A stretch of DNA of 64,000 nt from Octopus bimaculoides (GCF_001194135.2 NC_069000.1:42710876-42774875), one strand, 5' to 3'; positions 12,019 through 24,431 are shown, counted from the first letter of the stretch. Numbers and translations are program-made. The notes: generated from the sequence alone by a model not told the origin.

Positions 12019-13057
12019 CGTATTATTTTGTTCATTATGCGGTAATATTAGTTCGATTTCACTTTCGATCGAAATTTTATCATTCATTCATTACCTTCTT
12101 CATTCAAACCTTATCATTGTGGGACAATGCTCTGATACATGACCATGCTTTATAATTTTTTCTCTACTTCCTTTCTCTCATTCTCTTTCTTTTCCTATCT
12201 ATCTATCTATCTATCTATCGCACTGTCGATCAATCTGCCCCCTCGTTATCCCTCGAGCTATTCGTCAATCCATCTAATACCTCTCTGTCAGTTTTTATGC
12301 CGATGTATCTTTCAATCCGTAATTCAATCTCTGTTTTATATCTGCCACGAAAATGATACTTAATATTCAAGCTGGGAACAAATAGAATTCCGTGAATTGC
12401 TTTCAGTACGTATAATTAACACACACACACACACACCCACACACACACACACACACACAATTACATGTATATATATATATATATGTGTGTGCGTGTGTGT
12501 GAATATGTGTTCTTGTCTATGTGAACGCGTGTGTGTGTGTAAATATGTATATGCATATGTGAGTGAGGAAATGTGTGTGTGTGTGTGTGTGTGCGTGTGT
12601 GAATAAGGAATTTATTCCAACAATAGTTTACTTTATGCAACGCTTAAATTCTTGGATCTGTTGACAAATATTCCATCCTAAAGGATCGCATACACATGAA
12701 ACCAGTAAATAATCTCCATTAATTATTTGTGGTGAGCAAACAAACGTTTATTCGCAAGCCATCTGCATCTAAAGATTTCACGAGATGTTAATGGAACAAA
12801 ACAATGTCTGGATCAATTTATGTCACTCTACGTTTATCAATTGAATAAATATGTATTCCTCTTTATACACAATTGTATTAGATTTTGTTAATCTCATAAC
12901 AATAGGAGTGAAATCTTCCGTTGTTTCTAGATTTCTCCTTCGTTTGTATTACCTCCCAGCAATTTCATTACCAGAGCTGGCCCCTGTTGTATAGCTGCAC
13001 CGTTATCTATCTATCTATCTATCTATATGCATATATATATATATATATATATATATA

Positions 13058-13617
13058 GGCGCAGGAGTGGCTGTGTGGTAATTAGCTTGGTTCTGGGTTC
13101 AGTCCCACTGCGTGGCACCTTGGGCAAGTGTCTTCTACTATAGCCTCGGGGCCGACCAAAGCCTTGTGAGTGGATTTGGTAGACGGAGAACTGAAAGAAG
13201 CCTGCCGTATATATATATTTATATATATGTGTGTGTGTATTTGGTTGTGTGTCTGTNNNNNNNNNNNNNNNNNNNNNNNNNNNNNNNNNNNNNNNNNNNN
13301 NNNNNNNNNNNNNNNNNNNNNNNNNNNNNNNNNNNNNNNNNNNNNNNNNNNNNNNNNNNNNNNNNNNNNNNNNNNNNNNNNNNNNNNNNNNNNNNNNNNN
13401 NNNNNNNNNNNNNNNNNNNNNNNNNNNNNNNNNNNNNNNNNNNNNNNNNNNNNNNNNNNNNNNNNNNNNNNNNNNNNNNNNNNACTTAGCGGTTTGGCAA
13501 AAGAGACCGACAGAATAAGTACTAGGCTTCCAAAGAATTAGTCCTGGGGTCCATTTGCTCGACTAAAGGCGGTGCTCCAGAATGGCCACAGTCAAATGCC
13601 TGAAACAAGTAAAAGAG
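13058..13617 (+). mobile_element. tRNA-derived SINE family A, near full length (internal N-gap 13257-13483)
   Basis: Head GGCGCAGGAGTGGCTGTGTGG...GGGTTCAGTCCC (A/B-box-like), core GGCACCTTGGGCAAGTG, tail GACTAAAGGCGGTGCTCCAG...GAAACAAGTAAAAGAG shared with other copies here. Confidence 0.9.
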
Positions 13618-13660
<43 letters not shown>

Positions 13661-14479
13661 ACTGAGCGTACATGATAGGCTGTGGCTTCTACTTGCAATG
13701 CAAGTGAACGAGATAATGCCATCCTCGTCAATTCAAAATCTCAAATATTCAGTTAATAATTTCTTTAAACATTCGTCTATAATAACTGAAACGATGCTTG
13801 TATCATCAATAAAGAATGTTTTAATCCAAGACAGCAATATCAATAAACGCCGCCTATCTCTTAATTTTTGTTCGATATCAGCGTTATCAATGACACATCG
13901 ACAATATTTACTTGAGAAGGGACTGTGTAATGGAATAACATTTGTTTTATTAATGACAGCGAACGAATACAGAAGTGAAGGATCCTTATTTTCTATTTCA
14001 CGGTCTGTCATTGTCTCGTAACATAAAAAAAGGGGAAAAATTATACTGTTTCTCGTTTATTTTATTTTATTATCACAATCTGTTCCATTAAGAAACGTGT
14101 AAAGGGTTGGATAGAAGAGCAACATGTATGGAATAACAATATTTCAATGATTTTTAAGCACAGTTATTCATCATAATGTTCTACCATTGAAGGACAGAAC
14201 AAAATGGCTACATTTTCCGTCTGTTTTTGTATGTTATTTTGCCTTACTTTATTTCTTACTGTTTCTCTCGAAAACTATTGAATTTTTGGCATTCTTTTAG
14301 AATTGTAAGGCTTTCGAAATAATATTTTGTTCTCTCTCTTTTAATTTGTAATTCCTTTTCTTCACTCTAACCCTTTGTAACACCTCTTAATTTCTTTACA
14401 ATACCTTTCAAGAAAAGATTCTGGCAAAAAGCTTTCAAAATTTGAAAGTGAAAGAGGTAAAAAAAGAAAAATTATAAAA

Positions 14480-14857
14480 CTTCTACACATCCTCCTCTTA
14501 CTTCTTTTTCTCCTCTTTTCCTCCTCTTTCTTTCTTCTTTTTCTTCTACATCTTCATCATCATCATCTTCTTGTTCTTCTTGTTCTTTTTCATCTTTCTT
14601 CATAAATCTTTCTTCTTTTCCGCCTCCTTCTCATCCTTCCTCCTCATCATTTTCTTCATTTTCTTCTTTTTCTTCTGTATCTTCTTCAACTTCTACTTCA
14701 TCATCATCCTTAGTTGTTGTTATAGTAATATTAGTAATAGTAGTAGTAATAAAAACACTATTCTTATTGCTATTGTTTTTTCATTATTGTTTCGCTATTA
14801 TTACTGTTATCATTATCATCATTATAACTAATTCCATAATGACATATGTTGCTGTTG

Positions 14858-14888
<31 letters not shown>

Positions 14889-14965
14889 CGTTTCTGTTAT
14901 TATTACAATACATTCTTGTGCTTTTTTTTTGGTTGTGTGTTATGTATTATGGTTGTTGTTGTTGC
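14480..14965. repeat. Mixed trinucleotide low-complexity tract (TTC/ATC/ATT/GTT)
   Basis: Direct inspection. Confidence 0.85.
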
Positions 14966-15046
14966 TGATGATGTCGATCGAATGAAGCAAAATGAAAGGA
15001 AAAAATGGTAAATACAAGAAAAAAGGGGGTAAGAAAAAGAAAGAGA

Positions 15047-15082
<36 letters not shown>

Positions 15083-15817
15083 TCTCATATTCATATACCT
15101 CTGGGTAGCAATCACCATAGTTATATTATAAGTACACATATAAACACCTTTACACTCACTAAAGGTGTCTTTACTCGTGGATACACTAGCACACAATTTC
15201 GCACAAATATATGTAAATAAGAACATTCGTATAAGAATACATACGCATATATACATGCCTACTCAAACAGATATGCATGTATACGTATATGTATGTACTT
15301 ATGTTTGGACATGTATGTATTCACGCTCACAACACACACGCGCGCATACACACATACATGTATTCAACATACAGAACATGCATACATTTATACACATATG
15401 CCTTCTTCCGTACATGCGTATTTATTATTCACACAATTATAAGGATGTATATACATGTGTTTAGGAACGTGCGTGTGTATCTGCGGCATCTCTACTCGTG
15501 AATACAGCAGCGTACAATATCGCACAAACATATAAAAATATATGTATATGCACCTATATGTGCATTCATATCAGCATACTTGTGCATGTTTACTCAAATA
15601 GATATGCATGTGTACATATATATATGTAGTTATATTTGGATACGTATGTATATGTGCACACAATTTATTCAACATACAAAACGCGCATACTTTCATACAG
15701 ATTCCCAAGCCTTCTTGTGAACATACGTAATTATTATTCACACAATGGATAGGATGTCTATATACATGCGTGTATTCATGGTCGGTGAGGGTTACTTTCC
15801 ACTCAATTTCTGTCTGC

Positions 15818-15869
15818 ATGTGAGTGAGTGAGTGAGTGAGTGAGTGAGTGAGTGAGTGAGTGAGTGAGT

Positions 15870-15921
<52 letters not shown>
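15818..15921. repeat. (TGAG)n followed by (GA)n
   Basis: Direct inspection. Confidence 0.95.
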
Positions 15922-15922
<1 letters not shown>

Positions 15923-16099
15923 TAATTAAATTAAATTCTACAGTGGATGATAGTCAAGTAGTTAATTTCGTACGCATTGTAAGGGAATAAATTCGTTGTT
16001 GCTTGTAATGTAAAAACAATGTTATACGTAGATATATACATACATATGTATATATGCGTACGTACGTACAAACACATACACGCATATATATATATATAT

Positions 16100-16383
16100 A
16101 TATATAAAAGTCTTTCTTACATACATATATATATATATACATACATACATATATAAAAGTCTTTCTTACATACATATATATATATATACATGCATATATA
16201 AAAGTCTTTCTTACATACATATATATATATACATACATACATATATAAAAGTCTTTCTTACATACATATATATACATACATACATACATACATAAAAGTC
16301 TTTCTTACATACATATATATACATACATACATACATACATAAAAGTCTTTCTTACATACATATATATACATACATACATACAC

Positions 16384-16385
<2 letters not shown>
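16100..16385. repeat. Minisatellite, about 47-bp period, 6 copies
   Basis: AAAAGTCTTTCTTACATAC starts at 16106, 16155, 16200, 16247, 16294 and 16341, separated by (TA)/(TACA) spacers. Confidence 0.9.
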
Positions 16386-16455
<70 letters not shown>

Positions 16456-16456
<1 letters not shown>

Positions 16457-16669
16457 TCAAGGGACATAATAAATATGTTTAGCTGCTAGAAATAAGGGTC
16501 AAATTTCTTATTTAAATCTAAATTGCCAAAATGCACTGATAATAACTACAGAAATCAACCGACCAAAACCAAAAAGGGCTAGTAGTTATTATCAGTGTAT
16601 TTTAATGACTTAAAAGAGGTTTTTGACTGTTATTTCCAGCAGCTAAACATACTTAGGTTGTCCCTTGAT
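16456..16669. mobile_element. Nested fold-back (MITE-like) element next to (TA)n
   Basis: Outer imperfect 40-bp IR 16456-16495 / 16630-16669; inner 22-bp IR 16528-16549 / 16582-16603 with one mismatch. Confidence 0.75.
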
Positions 16670-16859
16670 TAAATTTAATCCTTTAGATATTTAATACTTT
16701 TTGAGGGCCTGCAATCACTTATATTATTGATTTTGTTATCATTTTTAAATTGTTACACTAGATAATCATAGAGTCAATGGTACCTTAGCAAATTATTCCT
16801 ACTTGAATTATTTTTCTCGTGTATTATTTGCTCCACATATAGCAAAACATATTAAGCAA

Positions 16860-16966
16860 CACTAATAATACATGAAAAACCATAAAAATATACAAGCTTT
16901 TATAGATATTTCAAAAATATGATGCTATGATTTTAGATGTTTCTATTATTTTGTCCAACCCCTGTA
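16860..16966. mobile_element. Solo Tc1-like terminal inverted repeat with TA
   Basis: Reverse complement of 16936-16966 reads TA-CAGGGGTTGGACAAAATAATAGAAACATC, a Tc1-type CAG terminus; partner end not seen. Confidence 0.5.
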
Positions 16967-18359
16967 TATATAACAAAGAAAATAGAGAGTTTGAACACAG
17001 CACATTTAGTTTATTTACATAATGGTCAATTCCTTAACGCCTACGCATGTTTCAATATCCACGTTCATTCATATTTTACAATTAAAAATCGCATTATTGA
17101 TTTGGAAGGTAAAAATCTGTTCAAGACAAAAGTTGACATATTGACTTACATCCTATTAGATGTAGTGTTCACATGTGTGTGTATGTGTGTATGTGTGTGT
17201 GTGTGTGTGTATATGTATTCATGTACGTAGATATAAATAAGTAAATGAGGTTGTGGATAGTTATGTAAACTCTAATCAAGTGAGATAGATACAAGAATTG
17301 TTTGGGGGCGAGACAAATAGAGATAGCTAGCTAGCTAGCTAGATAGATAGATAGAGAGATAGGCAGAGAGACAGAGATAGAAAGAAAGAGAGTAAAAGAA
17401 GGGGAGAGAAAAAGAAATAAGAGATATTAGACTGAACAAAGTAGTAGAGCAAAGAAGAGAAAAATGTTCAAGAGGATATATGGTAGATTTAGCTGGAAAA
17501 TTAAAATTTTAATGTGATTTCGGATAAAAAGAGAGACAATTGCACGTTTAACATAATGTCTCCTTGTTTCATATTGATAGTGGAAAGAGAGAGAGAGGGA
17601 GAGAGAGAGAGAGTGAGAGAGAGAGTGAGTAAAAGTAGGTGAGAGGATGGATTTGTGTTAGTGCGTCTGTGTGTGTGTGTGTGTGTGTGCTACCGTTTTG
17701 AGTTTGTATGCGTTTGTGTATGTTTTTCGCATCTGTATGTGTATGTATCTGTGTCAATTAGTATGGGTGTGTGTGTATGATTGCGATTGTTTTGTTCTTC
17801 TTAGAGTGATGGTGATGGAGATGATGGAGGTGGTGCGGGATGGTGGGGTAGTGTTGTTGCATCTGACATATTTAGTAACAGCAGCAGTAGCAGTAGTAGC
17901 AGTGGAAGAGAATTAATAAACGATGAGCGTGCTAAAGATTTTGGTGCTGTAGCTTCTAGTGGTAATGTCGTTGGTAATATTGGTTGTGGTGGTGGTTGTA
18001 GTGACGATGGTGTTGTTGTTGTTGTTGGAGATGGTAGTATTGGTGATGTGGCGTTACGTTTTCTTGTGGGGTAGTTTGCATGGGTTGTTAAAATATTATG
18101 GCTGTTGATGTCCAAGGAGCTGAACAAAAATACTGGCAAAATTGATGAGAAAATGTGAAAACGAACGACAAAATACTGTGTGTGCTTTGTAGGGACATAA
18201 ATGTATATGACAAGTCCAGAGAGGTGGGTTAACTCCTGCTGGATTCGAACCAAAATATGAGCCTGCACTCTTTTACGTTTACAAAAATGAATGCTTTTCA
18301 TTGTAGATCTATCTATCTAGCTAGCCATCAACATATTTCACTCTCTCTCTCTCTCTTTC

Positions 18360-18400
18360 TCAGACTGATGACGAGCAAAGACTCAGAAACATGTCTCTGG
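18360..18400 (+). ncRNA. Minimal type-I hammerhead ribozyme, near-intact
   Basis: CAGA-CTGATGA-C-GAG-CAAAGA-CTC-A-GAAA-C-AT-G-TC-TCTG: stem I CAGA/TCTG, palindromic ACATGT stem III, GUC site at 18393-18395; stem II is closed by a C-A mismatch. Confidence 0.7.
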
Positions 18401-18562
18401 ATGCAGACTTAGCTAAGTGGAGGTGCTTGTCTCCCCCTTGTAAACATAAATAGACAGGAAATGTGTCAAGGCCGACAGGAAGCGGTGCAGCTTCCGAGGA
18501 CTAAATAGCAGTAGTATTATTCCCTTCATGGGATTGTCAGATTAAGCTGACAGCATACAACT

Positions 18563-18605
<43 letters not shown>

Positions 18606-20410
18606 ATGCATAAGCACACAGACAGGCGACGGAAGGATACTAATGATGGTAAAGAATAGCGAAACAAAGGCATTACATCAGCAGAGTTATTTCCTCCAGA
18701 ATGATAGAAATTTCACCACTTGAAAACACGGAACCGATTACTTAGAATCTAGGGATGGATGAATGAAACATGACCGGCGTAAAACATTGAAAAAATAGCT
18801 GCAGGGCATAAGGAAATTTCCATATAGGACGGAAAAGAGATAATAATAATAATATAAAAGAAAACGAAGAGAGCTACAGGCTTTTGTACAAGCAAAACCT
18901 GAGAAACTGACGAGATACGCCTANNNNNNNNNNNNNNNNNNNNNNNNNNNNNNNNNNNNNNNNNNNNNNNNNNNNNNNNNNNNNNNNNNNNNNNNNNNNN
19001 NNNNNNNNNNNNNNNNNNNNNNNNNNNNNNNNNNNNNNNNNNNNNNNNNNNNNNNNNNNNNNNNNNNNNNNNNNNNNNNNNNNNNNNNNNNNNNNNNNNN
19101 NNNNNNNNNNNNNNNNNNNNNNNNNNNNNNNNNNNNNNNNNNNNNNNNNNNNNNNNNNNNNNNNNNNNNNNNNNNNNNNNNNNNNNNNNNNNNNNNNNNN
19201 NNNNNNNNNNNNNNNNNNNNNNNNNNNATATGTGTGTGTTTGTGTGCTGATTTTTGTGTGTGCCTCCGTTAGCGCGCATTCATGCGAATCTAGTAGAGAG
19301 AGAGAGAGAGAGAAACGAAGAGAGGAAGACGGAACAATTTTCGGATCTGGTGTTAGATAAAACATTTAATTGAACGTAGATTCGAGAAACAAAGCAAATG
19401 GATCGGAAGGAAGTTTCTGTTGAATATATTTCATGAAGTCAAATTAAAATCTAAGTATTTTATTTGAGGAAGAAATTCTCAATCTCTAACAAAACAGCCT
19501 CAGCAAAATGTATTCTTGCTCTCGTCCACGTTCTTGTTGTTGTCGTTATTCCACTTTTGTCATCATCATCATCATTTTCACTCTTCCTCCTGCCCCTCCT
19601 TCACCTCTTCCTCTGCTTCTTCTTTTTCGTTTCCTCCTCCTTTTCTTCTTTCTTGTCTTCTTTTTCTTCTTCCTTTCCTGCTGCTGCTACTATTACTACT
19701 ACTACTCTCCCCTTCCTACCTTTCTTCCCCTCCTTTCTTCGCCTCGACTCCCTTCTCCAGCTCCATTTACCCCACGTCCCCTCCTCCTCCACCTACTACT
19801 ACTACTAATAATAATAATGATAATAATAATAATAATAATAAACAATTGTAATACCACAACGACCACTGCTGCTGCTTTCAGTATTATTATTTTCTAACAT
19901 TAATCATCATCATCCTCATGTGATTGTTGTTGTTTTTATTGTTGTTGTTGTTATTTGCAGGATTTGCTGACTCGTTCAAAATGGCTACCTTGTCATTGAT
20001 ACTTTATAAGTTTTATCTTCTATTTCATTTTCCAATATGGTTATTCACTCCTTCTCAATAAAACTATGGTGGCTTAATAATTCTCTCTTTGTTATGTCAT
20101 TCCATTCATTTGCCATAAATGAAAAAAACGTCAATCAATAAGCGAAAACAAACTTATAGATCTATTATAATTATCAACAGTGTATTAATTATTATTATTT
20201 CGTTTTTAACTTTTCATAAATCGTATAGCAATCATTCCAAAACATTAATTCAGATGAAAATGATGGACGTAGAAATAAATAAATATTAATAAAGAACAAA
20301 TTACACCATTGCTAATGACTCACAGACTAAGACGGAATATATCAGATATGGTAAAAGAAAACTTTGGATGTAACTTACTGTTATGACAAGAATCAATTTC
20401 CTTGTCTGTG

Positions 20411-20448
<38 letters not shown>

Positions 20449-20615
20449 GTCTATCTATCTGTCTATCTATTTATCTATCTACAGGCATATATTAGTGTAT
20501 ATATACATTTACGTACATATATCGAAACAAATATAATTATAGATATATGTATATGCATACAATATATATTATGAACGAATGTGAATATATCTATACATGT
20601 ATAGATATATATTTA

Positions 20616-20998
20616 GTGTGAGTGGCTGTGTGGTATGTAGCTTGCATACCAATCACATGGTTTCGGGTTCGGTCCCACTGCATCGCACCTTGGACAAGTG
20701 ACTACTACTATATAGCCTCGGGCCGACCAAAGCCTTATTTGACAAACGGAAACTGGGAAAAGCCTGTCGTATATGTATATGTATATATATGCATGTGTGT
20801 GTATATCTGTGTTTGTCTCTTTCAACATCGCCTGATAACCGATGTTGACGTGTTTACGTCCCTGTAACTTAGCGGTTCGGCAAAAGTAACCGATAGAATA
20901 AGTACCAGGCTCACAAAACACAAGCCCTAGGGTCGATTTGCTCATCTAAAGGCGGTGCTCCAGCATAGCCATAGTCAAATGACTGAAACAAGTAAAAC
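20616..20998 (+). mobile_element. tRNA-derived SINE family A, full length
   Basis: Colinear with 13058-13617: GAGTGGCTGTGTGG, GGGTTCGGTCCC, CACCTTGGACAAGTG, CTAAAGGCGGTGCTCCAGCAT, GAAACAAGTAAAA. Confidence 0.9.
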
Positions 20999-22004
20999 AG
21001 TATATTTGTCTTTTAAGTTTCGAGACTACGCTCTTGAAGACTGTGTGTGTGCATTTACATATACACATCTATTTTCATACTTGAATTAGTATGAGGAATG
21101 CAGTGATGTTATGGTGTCAAACTTAGCGTGTTTTAATCGATCATTTTGTACTCAGAATTTATTTTAGTCAGATAATTATTTTATCGATTCCTACCTAGCG
21201 AACTGTTAAATTAATGGAAACAAACAAACAAACAGCAACAACAACGCCAGGAACATCAACATCTGTTTTGCTTTGATCAGTGTAATGGTAAACATAGAAT
21301 GCGACGGATACACACATACGCTATACATGTGTACCTGCATATATACACAGATATGCATACATACATACACGCAAACATGCATACATACACACAAATACAT
21401 ACGTATATACAAACATAGACAGACTGACGGATAAGCAGACAATGCGTACCTACATGCATATAGATAGACACACACATTCATGCATACATACATACTTACA
21501 TAAACGCTTACGTACATATATACATATATACATTCATACATACATACATACATACACAGACATATATACACGTAGGTATGTATATCGTTCTGCGTTTGTA
21601 TTTGTGTGCATGACTGTACGTATGTTCATAGCGTGTATATGTGAGTTGATGTAAACTTTTTAATGAGGTATACCTAATTTTTAATTAAAACTTACTGAAC
21701 AAAACGTAAACAAATGTAAACACTGTTTTATGTTTGCATACGCTTACGTTTTGCACCGAAGTCAATAAATCTGAAAATTGTTTATACATTTTAATATTTT
21801 CAAATTGTGTGTTGCGCATAAATTGAATCACGCGCACAAACGCACCGACCTATCTTTGAGCATATATACACGCCCCGCCCCCAACATATATGTATCTAAA
21901 TAATAATGTTTGTTTTCATGTCGAGTGATATACAAGATCTCTTTCAATATTAAACTGAAAATTTCCTCAATAATTTTCAGTAGATTTAATATTATTAATC
22001 TTTC

Positions 22005-22120
22005 AAAAGGAAAAGTCTGATTGTGACTTCGACGTTTCGCTTTGATCACCATGAAGAGAGATTCTGACGTAGTCCAGGAACCAGAAGCTTCTCAGAGGGT
22101 GTGAGACTTTTCCTTCTAAG
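22005..22120 (-). mobile_element. Short IR-bounded element with degenerate hammerhead-like core (PLE pLTR-like)
   Basis: AAGGAAAAGTCT / AGACTTTTCCTT inverted repeat; minus strand inside reads CTGAGA-A-GCTT...AAGC-GAAAC-GTCGAA-GTC with a 1-nt core deletion. Confidence 0.35.
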
Positions 22121-23060
22121 AGATTGATAGGTACAAACATATACACACACACACACTCGCAGACACACACACACACACACACACTCGAAGACACATACAC
22201 ACACACACACACACACACACNNNNNNNNNNNNNNNNNNNNNNNNNNNNNNNNNNNNNNNNNNNNNNNNNNNNNNNNNNNNNNNNNNNNNNNNNNNNNNNN
22301 NNNNNNNNNNNNNNNNNNNNNNNNNNNNNNNNNNNNNNNNNNNNNNNNNNNNNNNNNNNNNNNNNNNNNNNNNNNNNNNNNNNNNNNNNNNNNNNNNNNN
22401 NNNNNNNNNNNNNNNNNNNNNNNNNNNNNNNNNNNNNNNNNNNNNNNNNNNNNNNNNNNNNNNNNNNNNNNNNNNNNNNNNNNNNNNNNNNNNNNNNNNN
22501 NNNNNNNNNNNNNNNNNNNNNNNNNNNNNNNNNNNNNNNNNNNNNNNNNNNNNNNNNNNNNNNNNNNNNNNNNNNNNNNNNNNNNNNNNNNNNNNNNNNN
22601 NNNNNNNNNNNNNNNNNNNNNNNNNNNNNNNNNNNNNNNNNNNNNNNNNNNNNNNNNNNNNNNNNNNNNNNNNNNNNNNNNNNNNNNNNNNNNNNNNNNN
22701 NNNNNNNNNNNNNNNNNNNNNNNNNNNNNNNNNNNNNNNNNNNNNNNNNNNNNNNNNNNNNNNNNNNNNNNNNNNNNNNNNNNNNNNNNNNNNNNNNNNN
22801 NNNNNNNNNNNNNNNNNNNNNNNNNNNNNNNNNNNNNNNNNNNNNNNNNNNNNNNNNNNNNNNNNNNNNNNNNNNNNNNNNNNNNNNNNNNNNNNNNNNN
22901 NNNNNNNNNNNNNNNNNNNNNNNNNNNNNNNNNNNNNNNNNNNNNNNNNNNNNNNNNNNNNNNNNNNNNNNNNNNNNNNNNNNNNNNNNNNACACACACA
23001 CACACTCGCAGACACACACACACACACACACACTGTGAGCTACGCTATTATCTTAGGAGT

Positions 23061-23384
23061 GAAATTTAGGATTTCTCGGTTTTCTGTGAATCGATTTCGG
23101 TAAATATATATTATTATGGTTTTTTGTCGAATATATACTCAATGTATGCTTAATATGTACCATTACCCTTCCTTTTCTGAAAAACAAAATGTCTAGATGG
23201 GTTATTTTCATTCTAAAGCTATCAGCCTGGTTCACTCAAAAACTGAAGAATCTAAAATAAAAAAAACAAAGGACGTTACACAGAATAATGGAAACATAAC
23301 AATGGTGCTGCCATATTGTGCAAACCAGCTGGGGAAAATTTTAATCAAAATCGATTCACAGAAAACCGACAAATATCACATTTC
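23061..23384. mobile_element. MITE-like element with 27-bp terminal inverted repeats
   Basis: ATTTCTCGGTTTTCTGTGAATCGATTT (23071-23097) versus its reverse complement at 23348-23374, one mismatch; GAAAT/ATTTC extension beyond a 5-nt mismatch. Confidence 0.65.
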
Positions 23385-23472
23385 TCAGTAACAGATAGTA
23401 AAGTTCTTACTGACAAAAAACCACAGTTCTCACTACCAAATAACAAAGACTCACTAATAAATTTTGGACCAC

Positions 23473-23955
23473 TCAGTAAAAGATGTCACAGCTTTCAGTA
23501 TAAGATATCACAGCTCTAACAGATATCATAGCTCCCACTAACAGATATCGTAGCTCTCACTAACAGATATCATAGCTCTCAAGAACTGATATCAAAGCTC
23601 TCACTAACAAATATCACAGCTCTCACTAACTGATATCACAGCTCACACTAACAGATATGCAAGTTCTCACTAAGAAATAACAAAATCTCACTAGTAAATT
23701 TCATACACTCCCTCTAAAAGATATCACAGCTCTCACTATAAGATATCACAGCTCTCACTATAAAATATCACAGCTCCCACTAACGGATATCACACCTCTC
23801 CCTAGCAGAATAGCATAGCTCTCACTAACAAATATCACAACTCTCACTATAAGATATCACATCTCTCAGGAAACGATAGCACAGCTCTCAGTATGAGATA
23901 TCACAGGTCTCAGTAACACACATCTCAGCTCTCAGTAATAAATATCACAACTCTA
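23473..23955. repeat. 22-bp minisatellite, about 21-22 diverged copies
   Basis: Consensus AGATATCACAGCTCTCACTAAC recurs at roughly 22-bp spacing. Confidence 0.9.
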
Positions 23956-24398
23956 CACCTTCCATTTTCTCAATTTCATTCTTGCATATGAAATAATAAC
24001 GACAATTTTATTGCTGACACCGAGTCAACACGTTTTGTGTTGAACTCGGTCCTAACATTTGATTTGTTCTCTATTGTCTTTCTCTTCAAATATTTTCCTT
24101 TCATATGCCCACATTTTTCATATAACTGCAGATATTTCCTTTCATTCGTAAAAGAGGAATTATGTGTATTTTGAAATATTCCAATTCAAAATAGGACCAG
24201 GTTCCTGCTTGATCAATTTTATTAAAAATGCTTCTCTTAGTTCTTTCATTTAGAATATGAAACGAAGGGGATTTTCAAATTTAGCTGTTGTTGCAAACCG
24301 AAGTTAAAGATTCAATATGGGAAAAATGATAACTTTAAAACTTTAATATAAAGCACCCATATCTATCTGTCTATCCATCCATCTATACTCACACACAT

Positions 24399-24431
<33 letters not shown>

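Noticed and set aside
16100-16385. Repeat-spacer pattern resembling CRISPR
   Set aside because: Spacers are microsatellite, the repeat is only about 15-19 bp, there are no cas genes and the context is eukaryotic.
18907-18923. CTGACGA immediately before a gap
   Set aside because: The rest of any motif would lie in Ns, so it cannot be evaluated.
22140-23033. Same CACACTCGCAGACACAC motif on both sides of gap 22221-22991
   Set aside because: Most simply an unresolved repeat or contig overlap, not a biological structure.
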